A stretch of DNA of 64,000 nucleotides from an uncultured Pseudomonadota bacterium (lineage in GTDB: Bacteria > Babelota > Babeliae > Babelales > JAUPTZ01): the NCBI GenBank assembly GCA_964429275.1, contig CAYSBJ010000003.1, positions 1-64,000 of the forward strand, read 5' to 3'. Shown here one piece after another: positions 1 through 8,785 of this stretch. The notes below the pieces were generated by a model. That model was not told the origin of the DNA. It saw only the letters and a program-made list of their open reading frames with translations, and ran no database searches. The position numbers and the translations under genes are program-made. The first letter of the stretch is position 1, and each line of letters begins with the position of its first letter.

Positions 1-162
1 AGAGCGCGAAAGAGGATGTGTCGGAAGGTCGGCGGCAGATGACGACTGCGTTGTTAATTGAATTGTGTTGCCTATATGCGGGTTGCAGGTTGCGCCCTTA
101 GGAAAAGCAGGCTACACTGGTCCTATCTAATAAATACATTATTACTAGAAAGGGGGCCACCT

Positions 163-816
163 GTGGCACGTTCATTCGATATTTCTTTATTACCCGCTCT
201 TCAAGAGCAGGCGGTATTCTTTAAAAACCAAAGCCTAGAGCTCGTTTCCTTCTGTGAAGAAGAGTACGGTCGATTCCTTGCCTTTGTCGATAGTTACAGC
301 GAAAGCACTGAAGATGCTGCTGTTATAGAAAACCTCGAAGAAATCTACGCTTTTGCGGCCAGCCGCCTTGAAGGTCTTCAAGAAATGATGACTCAAGAAA
401 TTGCTGGAGTGGAAGATTGGCAAAAAATGCTTGATCGCGTTGCATTGACTGGCGATACCGCACTATGGGCTGATGTTGCTGACGAAATGATCAACGAAGG
501 TGATTTTAAGGCTGATACGAATGAATTTAAAGCATGGGCAACCGAAGAATTGGTAAGTCTTAAGCGTGGCGTAAGTGAAGTTCTTTCTGACTGGCAATCA
601 GCAATTGAAGAAGGCAACGTCACTGATCTTGCAAAATTCATTGAAGCTATTGAAGAAATGGAAGAAGAAGAAGCTGAAGGCGAATGTTGCACCGACGAAG
701 AATGTGAAGATGACGAGTGCGGCATGGACTGTGATGATGAGAGCGATGAATGTTGTGGCAGACAAGATCCGTGCTGTCGTACAGAGAGTGACGATGAGGA
801 CGAAATAGAAGAATAA
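163..816 (+). CDS. Hypothetical highly acidic protein with Cys/Asp/Glu-rich C-terminal tail
   Basis: GTG at 163 follows an AGGGGG SD-like site; helical acidic body; tail ECCTDEECEDDECGMDCDDESDECCGRQDPCC; stop overlaps the ferredoxin start (TAATG). Confidence 0.75.
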   Translation: MARSFDISLLPALQEQAVFFKNQSLELVSFCEEEYGRFLAFVDSYSESTEDAAVIENLEEIYAFAASRLEGLQEMMTQEIAGVEDWQKMLDRVALTGDTALWADVADEMINEGDFKADTNEFKAWATEELVSLKRGVSEVLSDWQSAIEEGNVTDLAKFIEAIEEMEEEEAEGECCTDEECEDDECGMDCDDESDECCGRQDPCCRTESDDEDEIEE

Positions 817-1019
817 TGGCAAAAAAGGTACGTATTGTTCCCGGCTGCATTAGTTGTGGTACGTGCGAGGCTATATGTCCTGCAGTATTTGTAGTAGAAG
901 GAACCGCTCGGGTGCATAACCATGATGCGGTTCCTTCTCACTCTGAAGCGGTCGACGAAGCTGCTGAAATGTGCCCGGTGAGCGTTATTGAAGTCACAGA
1001 GAGTAATGACAAGGAATAG
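816..1019 (+). CDS. Small single-cluster ferredoxin
   Basis: 67 aa with CISCGTC...CP and distal EAAEMCPVSVI motifs. Confidence 0.9.
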   Translation: MAKKVRIVPGCISCGTCEAICPAVFVVEGTARVHNHDAVPSHSEAVDEAAEMCPVSVIEVTESNDKE

Positions 1020-1024
1020 CAATT

Positions 1025-2599
1025 GTGAGTGTAGATATCGTTGAATCACAGATCTACGATAGAATTCGTGAAGAGTGGGATGATGCAGGTCAGGTCCGGG
1101 GCGTCAACCATTTATTGTGGCGAGCCGTCTCAAAGAACGGAAATAAAGAGGCGCTGATATCTCCAGAGCGAACCTTAACCTACAACCAGTGGTGGTACTA
1201 TACGCTGGTGATAGCAGACTGGCTGGCTGTGCGCGACGTTGTGCAGGGGAGTCGCGTGGCACTCTATGTACCCAACTCAGTAGAATTTTATTGTGCTTAC
1301 TTTGCCGTATGGCATGTGGGTGGAGTTGTTGTTCCGCTAAACGTATATCTTCATGCACGCGAAATTGCAGGCATCTTAAGTGATGCGCAGCCAACGGTTA
1401 TTATTACGGTTATGAGCCTTCAAGATCAACTTGATGCAGCTTTAGTACAAATGACTAGTAAAGCGTCTGTTATTGTTCTCGATCACTATTTGTGGGAATT
1501 TTCCTATGATGCGGCAGATTGCACGCGTCGTATGCAGGCGTTGCCGCTTGCCTTGCGTGGGTCGCAGGAGTCGGCGGTTATTTTATACACTTCTGGGTCG
1601 ACCGGAGTTCCTAAGGGAGTCGTCCTTTCAGGAAAGAACGTAATTTCAAACACAATCCAAGTTCGTGCTCGGCTTGAGCGTGTGATTGGCGCAAGCAAGC
1701 ACGAGCGATTTCTGGCAATTTTGCCTCTTTTCCATGCATTTTCTCAAAACGCCAGCATGTGGCTTCCCGTGATGATGGGTGCGACGATTATTACCGTTCC
1801 CAAAATTGAACGCCGGGCTATTTTGCAAGGTTTGGCTTGTAAACCGACACTTTTCTTTGGGTTTCCGGCTCTGTATGGCCTTTTGGTTATGATGCGGAAT
1901 GCATCACTTAATTCTATAAAACTTTTTGTGTCCGGTGCTGACGCGTTGCCAGATAAGATCCGTATGGCTTTTTCTTTGGTCTATGGTCGAAAAATCTGTA
2001 GTGGCTATGGTTTGACTGAGGCCAGCCCAGTTATTGCGGTGGATGGATTTGGGCAAGATAACCCAACAAACATGGTAGGAACGCCGCTTATTGGTGTTTC
2101 GTGCCAGATTCGTGATGCGGAAGGTAATTTGTTGCCGGCTGGTACCGTGGGCACCCTGTGGGTTCATGGGGATAATGTCATGAGGGGCTACTACAATGAA
2201 TCGGCTTTAACCGCTGAAGTACTGCAGCACGGATGGTTGAATACCGGTGACCTGGCGACAATAGACATACATGGTTCTATTACCATCGTTGGCCGCAGCA
2301 AAGATCTTATTATCAATAAAGGTTTTAATATCTATCCGCAAGAGGTCGAAAACGTTCTCCTGCGTCACCCAGCGGTCTTTAAAGCGGCAGTTGTCGCCAG
2401 AGATGAAGAAGGGGGCCAGGTGCCGATAGCCTATGTTGCACTCCGTGAGGGTGCGCGAGTAGCTCCGGCCGATATCACTGCTTTTTGTCGTGACAACTTG
2501 GCAGCGTACAAAGTACCACGCGTGGTAACCTGCTTGACCGATCTGCCAATGACGGCGACCGGGAAGATTGATAAGGTTAAGCTGCGGTCGGGGGAGTAG
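1025..2599 (+). CDS. Long-chain fatty acid-CoA ligase (AMP-binding family)
   Basis: YTSGSTGVPKG, GYGLTE, TGDL, GRSKDLI and PMTATGKIDK adenylation motifs. Confidence 0.92.
   Translation: MSVDIVESQIYDRIREEWDDAGQVRGVNHLLWRAVSKNGNKEALISPERTLTYNQWWYYTLVIADWLAVRDVVQGSRVALYVPNSVEFYCAYFAVWHVGGVVVPLNVYLHAREIAGILSDAQPTVIITVMSLQDQLDAALVQMTSKASVIVLDHYLWEFSYDAADCTRRMQALPLALRGSQESAVILYTSGSTGVPKGVVLSGKNVISNTIQVRARLERVIGASKHERFLAILPLFHAFSQNASMWLPVMMGATIITVPKIERRAILQGLACKPTLFFGFPALYGLLVMMRNASLNSIKLFVSGADALPDKIRMAFSLVYGRKICSGYGLTEASPVIAVDGFGQDNPTNMVGTPLIGVSCQIRDAEGNLLPAGTVGTLWVHGDNVMRGYYNESALTAEVLQHGWLNTGDLATIDIHGSITIVGRSKDLIINKGFNIYPQEVENVLLRHPAVFKAAVVARDEEGGQVPIAYVALREGARVAPADITAFCRDNLAAYKVPRVVTCLTDLPMTATGKIDKVKLRSGE
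2550..2599 (+). repeat. 50-bp direct repeat, copy 1 (3' end of the acyl-CoA ligase)
   Basis: TGACGGCGACCGGGAAGATTGATAAGGTTAAGCTGCGGTCGGGGGAGTAG; 49/50 identical to 4181-4230. Confidence 0.97.
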
Positions 2600-4148
2600 T
2601 TACTTTTTCCCACTCATAGGTGAGTAATTTCTCATCAAAATCAAAAGACAGCCCAATCAGATAGATGGCTTTGCCCGCATATAGGTATGGTTCTGCATAT
2701 CGCTTTTCTTTTATTTGTGCCATCGCAACTTTGGCTGATTCATCTAGTTTAAGTTCGAATATGTAGATGGTCTCTTTTGTTTGCCAAAGGACGTCAATGC
2801 GGCCAGTGCTTGTTACGACTTCGCTTTGAATGGTTGCGCCGAGGAGAGTCCCTGCCATCTGGAATAGCGAGTGATAGTAAAGCTCCCGTCGAATATGAAG
2901 TTGGTAGGCAATCCCTGAGAAAAGCGACTGTAGCGCTTGGCAAAAAGTATTAACATCTTGGTGATTCAATGCTTTACGCAGGGTAACGAGTGCTGAACTG
3001 AGCGGTTGGTGCATGGCACGGAGAAAGTCTTCCACCAAGCATTCGGTTAAAGATTTTCGTACTTCTTCGTTAGGAAAGGTAAGCCGGTAGGTTTGGTCGG
3101 CATCGCGATACTCTTCAATTGTAAGATAGCCAGTTTGATAGAGGACTGTGGTAAGTGGCAGCGTTTCAATATCAAAAGTTGAAAAGCTACTTTCACGGAC
3201 CATCACGTGGTCGATTGCATTGAATTCATCTATGTTATTCTTAACCAAATCTATAAGAAAGCGTGGCGATCCGGTTGCAAACCAGTAGTTTGAAAACCGC
3301 TTTTTTTCCGCAAAATGCAAGATCGAAAAAGGGTTGTACACCTTAATTGGTTCTACCGAAAATCGGTAGCCATTGTACCAATGACGTACCCCTTCAAGAG
3401 CTTGCGCCATGGAGATATCTGCATTTTGCCTAAAGAGTTCAATGTAAGGGGAAAAATACTCTTCGAGCTCTTGTTGAGTATAGCCACAGAGTGTCGCGGC
3501 GATAGGTTCAAGTGAGATGTCGTTTAAGTTGTTCATTCCGGAGAAAATGGAAGTTTTAGCAAATTTGCTAACACCGGCAATAAAAGTAAAGTGCAAGTAC
3601 GGACCGAGGCCTTTAATGCAGGTGTAGAACGTCCGCAGGATCTCCCTGTTTGCGCTCGCAAGTTCTGGTTTTATAATATTGTTGAGAATAGGGGCATCGT
3701 ACTCGTCTATGAGGATGATGACACTGCCTTTTTGGGCAAGTGCCGGGACGAGCGCCATTATTTTTGTTGCGGGAAACGTAGCCACAGATAGATCTATGCC
3801 GTTTTCTTCGGCGATTTTATCCAAAGCACGACACAGTCCGCTTTCAAGTCGCTCGCTGGAGGTGCTATCCATTGTTGAGAAATCAATGTGTATTACGGGG
3901 TGCGGTTGCCAGTCATGCCGATTCTCCTGCCCGATCCATAGATCGTTAAAGAGCTCCTTGTTGCCAAGGAAAAGTTCTTTAAGCGTATCGATGAGCAATG
4001 ACTTACCAAACCGTCGTGGCCGCGACAAAAAATAGCACTCACCTGAGGTGATTAGCCGATGAACCGCTTTTGTTTTGTCTACGTACAAGTAATCTTTAGC
4101 CTTTATTGACCTGAGATCACTGATACCAATAGGGAGCTTTTTTAGCAT
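2577..4148 (-). CDS. AAA-ATPase-like protein with C-terminal PD-(D/E)XK nuclease domain
   Basis: KKLPIGI, YVDKT, SRPRRFGKSL, LIDEYD, WYNGY, VYNPFS; C-terminal GRID...IFELK...QI. Confidence 0.93.
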   Translation of the reverse strand: MLKKLPIGISDLRSIKAKDYLYVDKTKAVHRLITSGECYFLSRPRRFGKSLLIDTLKELFLGNKELFNDLWIGQENRHDWQPHPVIHIDFSTMDSTSSERLESGLCRALDKIAEENGIDLSVATFPATKIMALVPALAQKGSVIILIDEYDAPILNNIIKPELASANREILRTFYTCIKGLGPYLHFTFIAGVSKFAKTSIFSGMNNLNDISLEPIAATLCGYTQQELEEYFSPYIELFRQNADISMAQALEGVRHWYNGYRFSVEPIKVYNPFSILHFAEKKRFSNYWFATGSPRFLIDLVKNNIDEFNAIDHVMVRESSFSTFDIETLPLTTVLYQTGYLTIEEYRDADQTYRLTFPNEEVRKSLTECLVEDFLRAMHQPLSSALVTLRKALNHQDVNTFCQALQSLFSGIAYQLHIRRELYYHSLFQMAGTLLGATIQSEVVTSTGRIDVLWQTKETIYIFELKLDESAKVAMAQIKEKRYAEPYLYAGKAIYLIGLSFDFDEKLLTYEWEKVTTPPTAA

Positions 4149-4180
4149 GGCATCCTTTTTCTCTTGATGTTCTTCTTACC

Positions 4181-4230
4181 TGACGGCGACCGGGAAGATT
4201 GATAAGGTTAAGCTGCGCTCGGGGGAGTAG
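4181..4230 (+). repeat. 50-bp direct repeat, copy 2
   Basis: TGACGGCGACCGGGAAGATTGATAAGGTTAAGCTGCGCTCGGGGGAGTAG. Confidence 0.97.
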
Positions 4231-6430
4231 CGTTGGCACTCAGTTCTTCTAGCTCCCATAATGCGGCTTGAGTTCTTTGCAATTGCTTAAATTCAGGACC
4301 ATTCGTTCTGAGGTGGTCTTTGTTGGTATATAGGTCTTCGTCACCGGTTAGCGATTTTCGTTCCTCTGGGGCGCTGAGCTTACGATATAATCTTACGTAG
4401 TTATTCCAGAGAGCTTTGCGGAGCGAATCATCATTCTGTATTGCTGAAGCATCGAGGCCAAGTTCTTTGCACTGGTTTTGTATGATTGTTTCTAGCTGCC
4501 GGATAGTCTCAGTGTTGCGGAACACTGAATCGGAAACCGTTCGTGGATGCGGTGGCAAGGTTTCTTCTATTTGATTAATTTCTTTGATTTTTTCTTTATC
4601 TATCGCAGCGATGGCTGCTCGGGCATCCTCTACAATCTTATTTGTGGGGGCCAACTTGGTTCCCGCCAGTCTCCTCTGCTCTTCGATGGCATTTTCATGC
4701 GGTTTAGTCCTAACGCTTCCAGCATCAGTAATCCGCTTCTTCTTCTTGCGAAATAACTCAAAAGCTCTATTGTAGGTAGATTCAGCCTCTTTATAGATGT
4801 CATCGTACTCTCTATTTCTAGCAAGGCTATCGTACTCGCGCTTTAGGGCGTATCGTGCGTCTCTTAAGGAGCGAAGGCTCGCTTCACCTTCTCGAACAAC
4901 TCGATCATTGGCAAGTTTTTTCGCGTGATAATGTTGGGCGCCTGGGCGTGGCTGCTCCCATTTTTCAAGGTACATGGCGGTATATTTATTGTTGCCGGCC
5001 TGAGACTTTATCTTGCCTAGTATTTCTAGCTTCCAATTTGCAAGTTGCTTGCTCATGAACCCGGCTTCTTCAAGCCTTTCAATGTCACTAAGCACAGCAG
5101 TATATTTGTCGAGGACTGAGGCTGCTGGCGTGTTTTCTAAGTTTGCTAAAGCATCCTCAAAATTCCCTTCTGTTTCTTGCATTTGTTTCAAGGCTGCTTC
5201 TTGAGCTGCTAATGCCGCTGTTACGTCTTGGGTTGAAAGGGCTCGAACATCTTCTTGAGCTTTGCGAATTTCGAGCTCGTCTTTTCCGCTGGCAGTTCGT
5301 AAGGCTACGAGCCTGTTTTTTGCAGCAATAAGCATATCAATCTTGTCTTGAAGGCTCTTTTCGCGAGCTTGTGCTGGTTTGTGCTTTTTCCAAGCCTCGT
5401 ACGTTGCTTTTTCCTGTTTTTCAAGTGCTTGTTTTAATTGTGCGCTGAGTCTTTGTTCTTCTTCCTCGTATGGTTTCTTTACAAGCTCAAATGCTTTGTC
5501 TGTTCGCGTGCTGTAATCGTAAGGATTTTCTTTCTTAACTTTCTTAGCGTTTCCTTCTTCTTCGTAAAGTCGTAATTCGGCCGCTTTTGCCTCGAGGGCT
5601 TCCATTTTCTTCGCAAAATTGTTTCTGAGAGCCTTATCCAGAATTCCCACTTGTTCAACGGCTGTCATGAATTCTTGTACTTCTTTTGAGCTTTCTTTGT
5701 GTGGAGCAAGAATGTCAATGAGCTCTAAAATAGATTTGCTACTGAGTGTTTTGTCCTCGCCCCACAAAACATCGTGTTCGGTTGCAGAGCCGCTTGCGGC
5801 TAATCGTGCATTTAATTTGGCTCTTCTCGCCTTAAGGAGGCGGAGTTTGGCGTGCGCAAATTTTTCGATGTCTTGAGGGGTGACGGATGAAATGTCTGGT
5901 AGGGCCGCTATTTTTTCTCTCAGATCGGCGTATGTTGGTCGTTCTTCTTCTTTAGTCCACATGGCTATTGTACCATCTTGGTTGGCTGTGCCGTTTCTGC
6001 TGGTTCCACTACTTCCATTTACACCAGCTCCCGCTGCCGGCTGTTGACCATCACCCTTGAGCGCGTAATAAGCGCCCGCTCCCAGTGCAGTAGCTGTTAC
6101 GCCGCCGCGGAGTGCAGCCCCCCAGGCTCTGCCTTCAAGCTTTGCCAGGCGGCTGAGGAAGTTGTTGCCGTATTCGTTTTGGAAGTAATTTTTTCCGTTT
6201 TTTCGTTTACGGAACATGTCCAAGAGGCTCAGGGTGCCTACACCAGCGGCGGTGGCGCCGTAGGTACGCCGGTGTGCCTTAACGTGGTCTTTTGCGCGGA
6301 TAAAGATTGGTTTTTTCTGGGTGGTTGCCGTTGAATCGGTTGGCGCAGCGGGAGGGGTGGCGGCACCGCTTGTTGTGGATGATAACGCTACGGTAACGCA
6401 GGCAATAAGCAACAGATGGTTCTTAGTCAT
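4208..6430 (-). CDS. Hypothetical exported protein: signal peptide, hydrophobic hairpin, long coiled coil
   Basis: 740-aa ORF with GGGGGA SD; signal-like MTKNHLLLIACVTVALSS; E/K/A-rich heptads. Confidence 0.8.
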   Translation of the reverse strand: MTKNHLLLIACVTVALSSTTSGAATPPAAPTDSTATTQKKPIFIRAKDHVKAHRRTYGATAAGVGTLSLLDMFRKRKNGKNYFQNEYGNNFLSRLAKLEGRAWGAALRGGVTATALGAGAYYALKGDGQQPAAGAGVNGSSGTSRNGTANQDGTIAMWTKEEERPTYADLREKIAALPDISSVTPQDIEKFAHAKLRLLKARRAKLNARLAASGSATEHDVLWGEDKTLSSKSILELIDILAPHKESSKEVQEFMTAVEQVGILDKALRNNFAKKMEALEAKAAELRLYEEEGNAKKVKKENPYDYSTRTDKAFELVKKPYEEEEQRLSAQLKQALEKQEKATYEAWKKHKPAQAREKSLQDKIDMLIAAKNRLVALRTASGKDELEIRKAQEDVRALSTQDVTAALAAQEAALKQMQETEGNFEDALANLENTPAASVLDKYTAVLSDIERLEEAGFMSKQLANWKLEILGKIKSQAGNNKYTAMYLEKWEQPRPGAQHYHAKKLANDRVVREGEASLRSLRDARYALKREYDSLARNREYDDIYKEAESTYNRAFELFRKKKKRITDAGSVRTKPHENAIEEQRRLAGTKLAPTNKIVEDARAAIAAIDKEKIKEINQIEETLPPHPRTVSDSVFRNTETIRQLETIIQNQCKELGLDASAIQNDDSLRKALWNNYVRLYRKLSAPEERKSLTGDEDLYTNKDHLRTNGPEFKQLQRTQAALWELEELSANATPPSAA

Positions 6431-6491
6431 GGATAATCCCCCCGATTAAAGTTTTATGCGACCAGTATAGCCGATAATAGCGGGGAGGAGA

Positions 6492-6523
6492 AATGGTAAC
6501 CGGTTTTGAAGCCGGTTACCATT
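6492..6523. terminator. Inverted repeat or terminator downstream of the APC permease
   Basis: AATGGTAACCGG-N8-CCGGTTACCATT. Confidence 0.6.
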
Positions 6524-6539
6524 GATTTAACGCTAGTTT

Positions 6540-7925
6540 TTATGAGCGATGTTTTTTAGTAGGGGCTTTGCGCATTGCGGTGCGAGCTTTTGGGGCCTGC
6601 TTGGCAACACTAGTACGGTGTGTGTGTCCACTGGTGGCGGTGTACTTATACATAAGATAGCCGGCGATAATTGTTATTAGCATCGGTAGAATTGCCCAGA
6701 ATCGAGCGGCAGTTGTAGCACCAATTCCTTGCCAGCTGTAGTACCCGAGAATGGTACAGGAGGCGAGGCCAAGAATACAGGCAACCACATTATGCCATCC
6801 TGCTGCCGTACGAGTGCGGAGGAATAGGGCGATAATAGTAAGGAAGAAGGCGATCAAGACACCGATATTTGACATCGCTGCAAGAACCGCGTCATTTGCA
6901 ACCATTGTTATGCAAAAGATAATGCCTGCACAGTGAGCAATTACTGCACCCAATGGACGGCCAGTGTCGCGCAGGCGACTTGCAAAGAGCGGTGACATGA
7001 ACAGCAATTTCTCTTCAGCCATGGCGCACAGCATTGAGCTGTTTGCAACGATACCGCCAAAAATTGCGTTAATCATTGCCACGATAATGGCGCTCATAAC
7101 AATAAAATTCAGTAGTTTAAAGATGAACGGTGAACTGATATTGAGGTAGTTTACAAAACCAAAGGCACTGTGTTGTGCCAATGCTTCTGGCCCCATGATC
7201 GCTAAGAGACTGAGATGAAACAATGTGTAAATGAGTACGGTAAAGCCAAAACCAAGGAAAATAGCCTTGCTTGCGTTGCGCTTGCTGTCTTCGATGAGGT
7301 GGCTAACGCTACAGATTCCTTCAAACCCCCAGAAGCCAAAAATCGCCATTGGGATGGTTGGAATAAGCACGAGTGGGGAGCTACTCCAGATAGCGGGTGT
7401 CTTTGATGGTGAAAAGTAGTAGAGCAGTGAGAGCACGCCCAAGAAGAGCGGCGCCAGCTTGTAAATGGTCGCCATGCTTTGGATGCGATCCACAATATGA
7501 AGCGAGCGTATGCTTAGCGCGCCGAGCATTGCGACAATGGCAACACCAAAGGCGGCTGGTACTGTGCTAATAAATGGAATAGCAAAGTTGTTTGCAATAA
7601 TCTTGAGCAAGCACATTAGTTGTAGCGAGCCAATACTCACGTATCCAAGGAAGTAAATCCAGCCGCTGATAAAGCCAGCTGTGCGGGAAATTGTGTTGCT
7701 GCTGTACGAATAAAAACTACCTTGTTGTGGAAAGTACTTAGTGATTTGGGCGATGCACCATACGACAGGTAAGAAGAGGGCGCCGGCGAACAACCAGCCA
7801 TAAAAGCTGGCATATCCGGCATATGCTGCCATGAAACCAGGGTTTACAAATGCCGAGGCTCCAACCATAAGATTAATGTTCATTAATATGGCACTGGTTA
7901 GTGAAATTTTTTGAGTCTGACTCAT
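6540..7925 (-). CDS. APC-family amino acid permease
   Basis: About 12 hydrophobic segments; MVGASAF, GSFYSY and FWGFE motifs. Confidence 0.9.
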   Translation of the reverse strand: MSQTQKISLTSAILMNINLMVGASAFVNPGFMAAYAGYASFYGWLFAGALFLPVVWCIAQITKYFPQQGSFYSYSSNTISRTAGFISGWIYFLGYVSIGSLQLMCLLKIIANNFAIPFISTVPAAFGVAIVAMLGALSIRSLHIVDRIQSMATIYKLAPLFLGVLSLLYYFSPSKTPAIWSSSPLVLIPTIPMAIFGFWGFEGICSVSHLIEDSKRNASKAIFLGFGFTVLIYTLFHLSLLAIMGPEALAQHSAFGFVNYLNISSPFIFKLLNFIVMSAIIVAMINAIFGGIVANSSMLCAMAEEKLLFMSPLFASRLRDTGRPLGAVIAHCAGIIFCITMVANDAVLAAMSNIGVLIAFFLTIIALFLRTRTAAGWHNVVACILGLASCTILGYYSWQGIGATTAARFWAILPMLITIIAGYLMYKYTATSGHTHRTSVAKQAPKARTAMRKAPTKKHRS

Positions 7926-7989
7926 GGTTGCTTCCCTTTTGATTGTAGTAGGTAGGGCGCGGGGTAATTAGTAGGTGCAGCCCTTCTTT

Positions 7990-8032
7990 AAAAAAGGCCC
8001 GCACTGCTTGTGCAGCATTGCGGGCCTTTTTT
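7990..8032. terminator. Intrinsic terminator, bidirectional form
   Basis: AAAAAAGGCCCGCA...TGCGGGCCTTTTTT. Confidence 0.8.
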
Positions 8033-8042
8033 AGAAATGTAG

Positions 8043-8534
8043 TTATTTGCTTGCAGCGTTAGCGGCGTTCACTTCTTTTCTCCACTCACGACCTTGAGTG
8101 ATTACTTCGAAACCACTTACGGTGATCAAGCCAGCAAGAACCAAGATTTCAAGGAACTTAATGCGTTCGCCGTTTGCGTTTGCGCTCAAGCGATCCCAGA
8201 ATGAAAGGCCGTTTGCGTCTGTTGAGAAGAATGCAATTAAATTCTTGTCTGTGTCTGTGTTTAACAAGTTACGTTTAGCAAGAGCAGCGATAACAACAGT
8301 TAATACAGCAGCGCTGGTAAGAGTACGGAATTTAGCTGTTTTGTCTGTGTAGAAGCTGTGCCACTTTTTATCTTTGTTTGTAGGTGCGGTTGTTTTTGCG
8401 TCAGTTGTTGCGGCTGCAGCGGCTGGAGCTGCTGATTTTTGCGGAGCAGGCGCTGTTGCAGCTTGTGCAGTTATTGTCAGCGAAGTGGCGGCAACTGCGG
8501 CCAAGAGTGCTTTTTTGTATAATGCGTTAAACAT
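8043..8534 (-). CDS. Hypothetical exported membrane protein (signal peptide plus two hydrophobic helices)
   Basis: AQA signal cleavage site, Ala/Thr-rich linker, two hydrophobic segments; AAGAAGG SD. Confidence 0.8.
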   Translation of the reverse strand: MFNALYKKALLAAVAATSLTITAQAATAPAPQKSAAPAAAAATTDAKTTAPTNKDKKWHSFYTDKTAKFRTLTSAAVLTVVIAALAKRNLLNTDTDKNLIAFFSTDANGLSFWDRLSANANGERIKFLEILVLAGLITVSGFEVITQGREWRKEVNAANAASK

Positions 8535-8785
8535 ACTCGTTTCCTTCTTATTATAACGATTAGTGTAGTGAATTTTTACGTTATTTTTGTAATGACCATG
8601 AAACCGGCCTGGGCCATATTCTATCGCATTAGTATAAAAAATAAAGAAAATCGAAATTTTGTTTACCCTCGATAGTCATCGTTGCACCGAGGAAATTTTT
8701 TTTATTTTCAAAAAACAGCCAAAGTGCTTATTTTTTGTTTTGTCATATACCTAAAATGAAAAAATGTTCGCTTGGCTACGAAGCG

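Noticed and set aside
393..1049. 218-aa Ser-rich antisense ORF and the many other short overlapping ORFs in the track
   Set aside because: Shadows of well-supported genes on the opposite strand or another frame
2577..4148. AAA/PD-(D/E)XK gene as a named anti-phage defence system
   Set aside because: Stand-alone member of a common family with no partner genes; function cannot be assigned from the sequence
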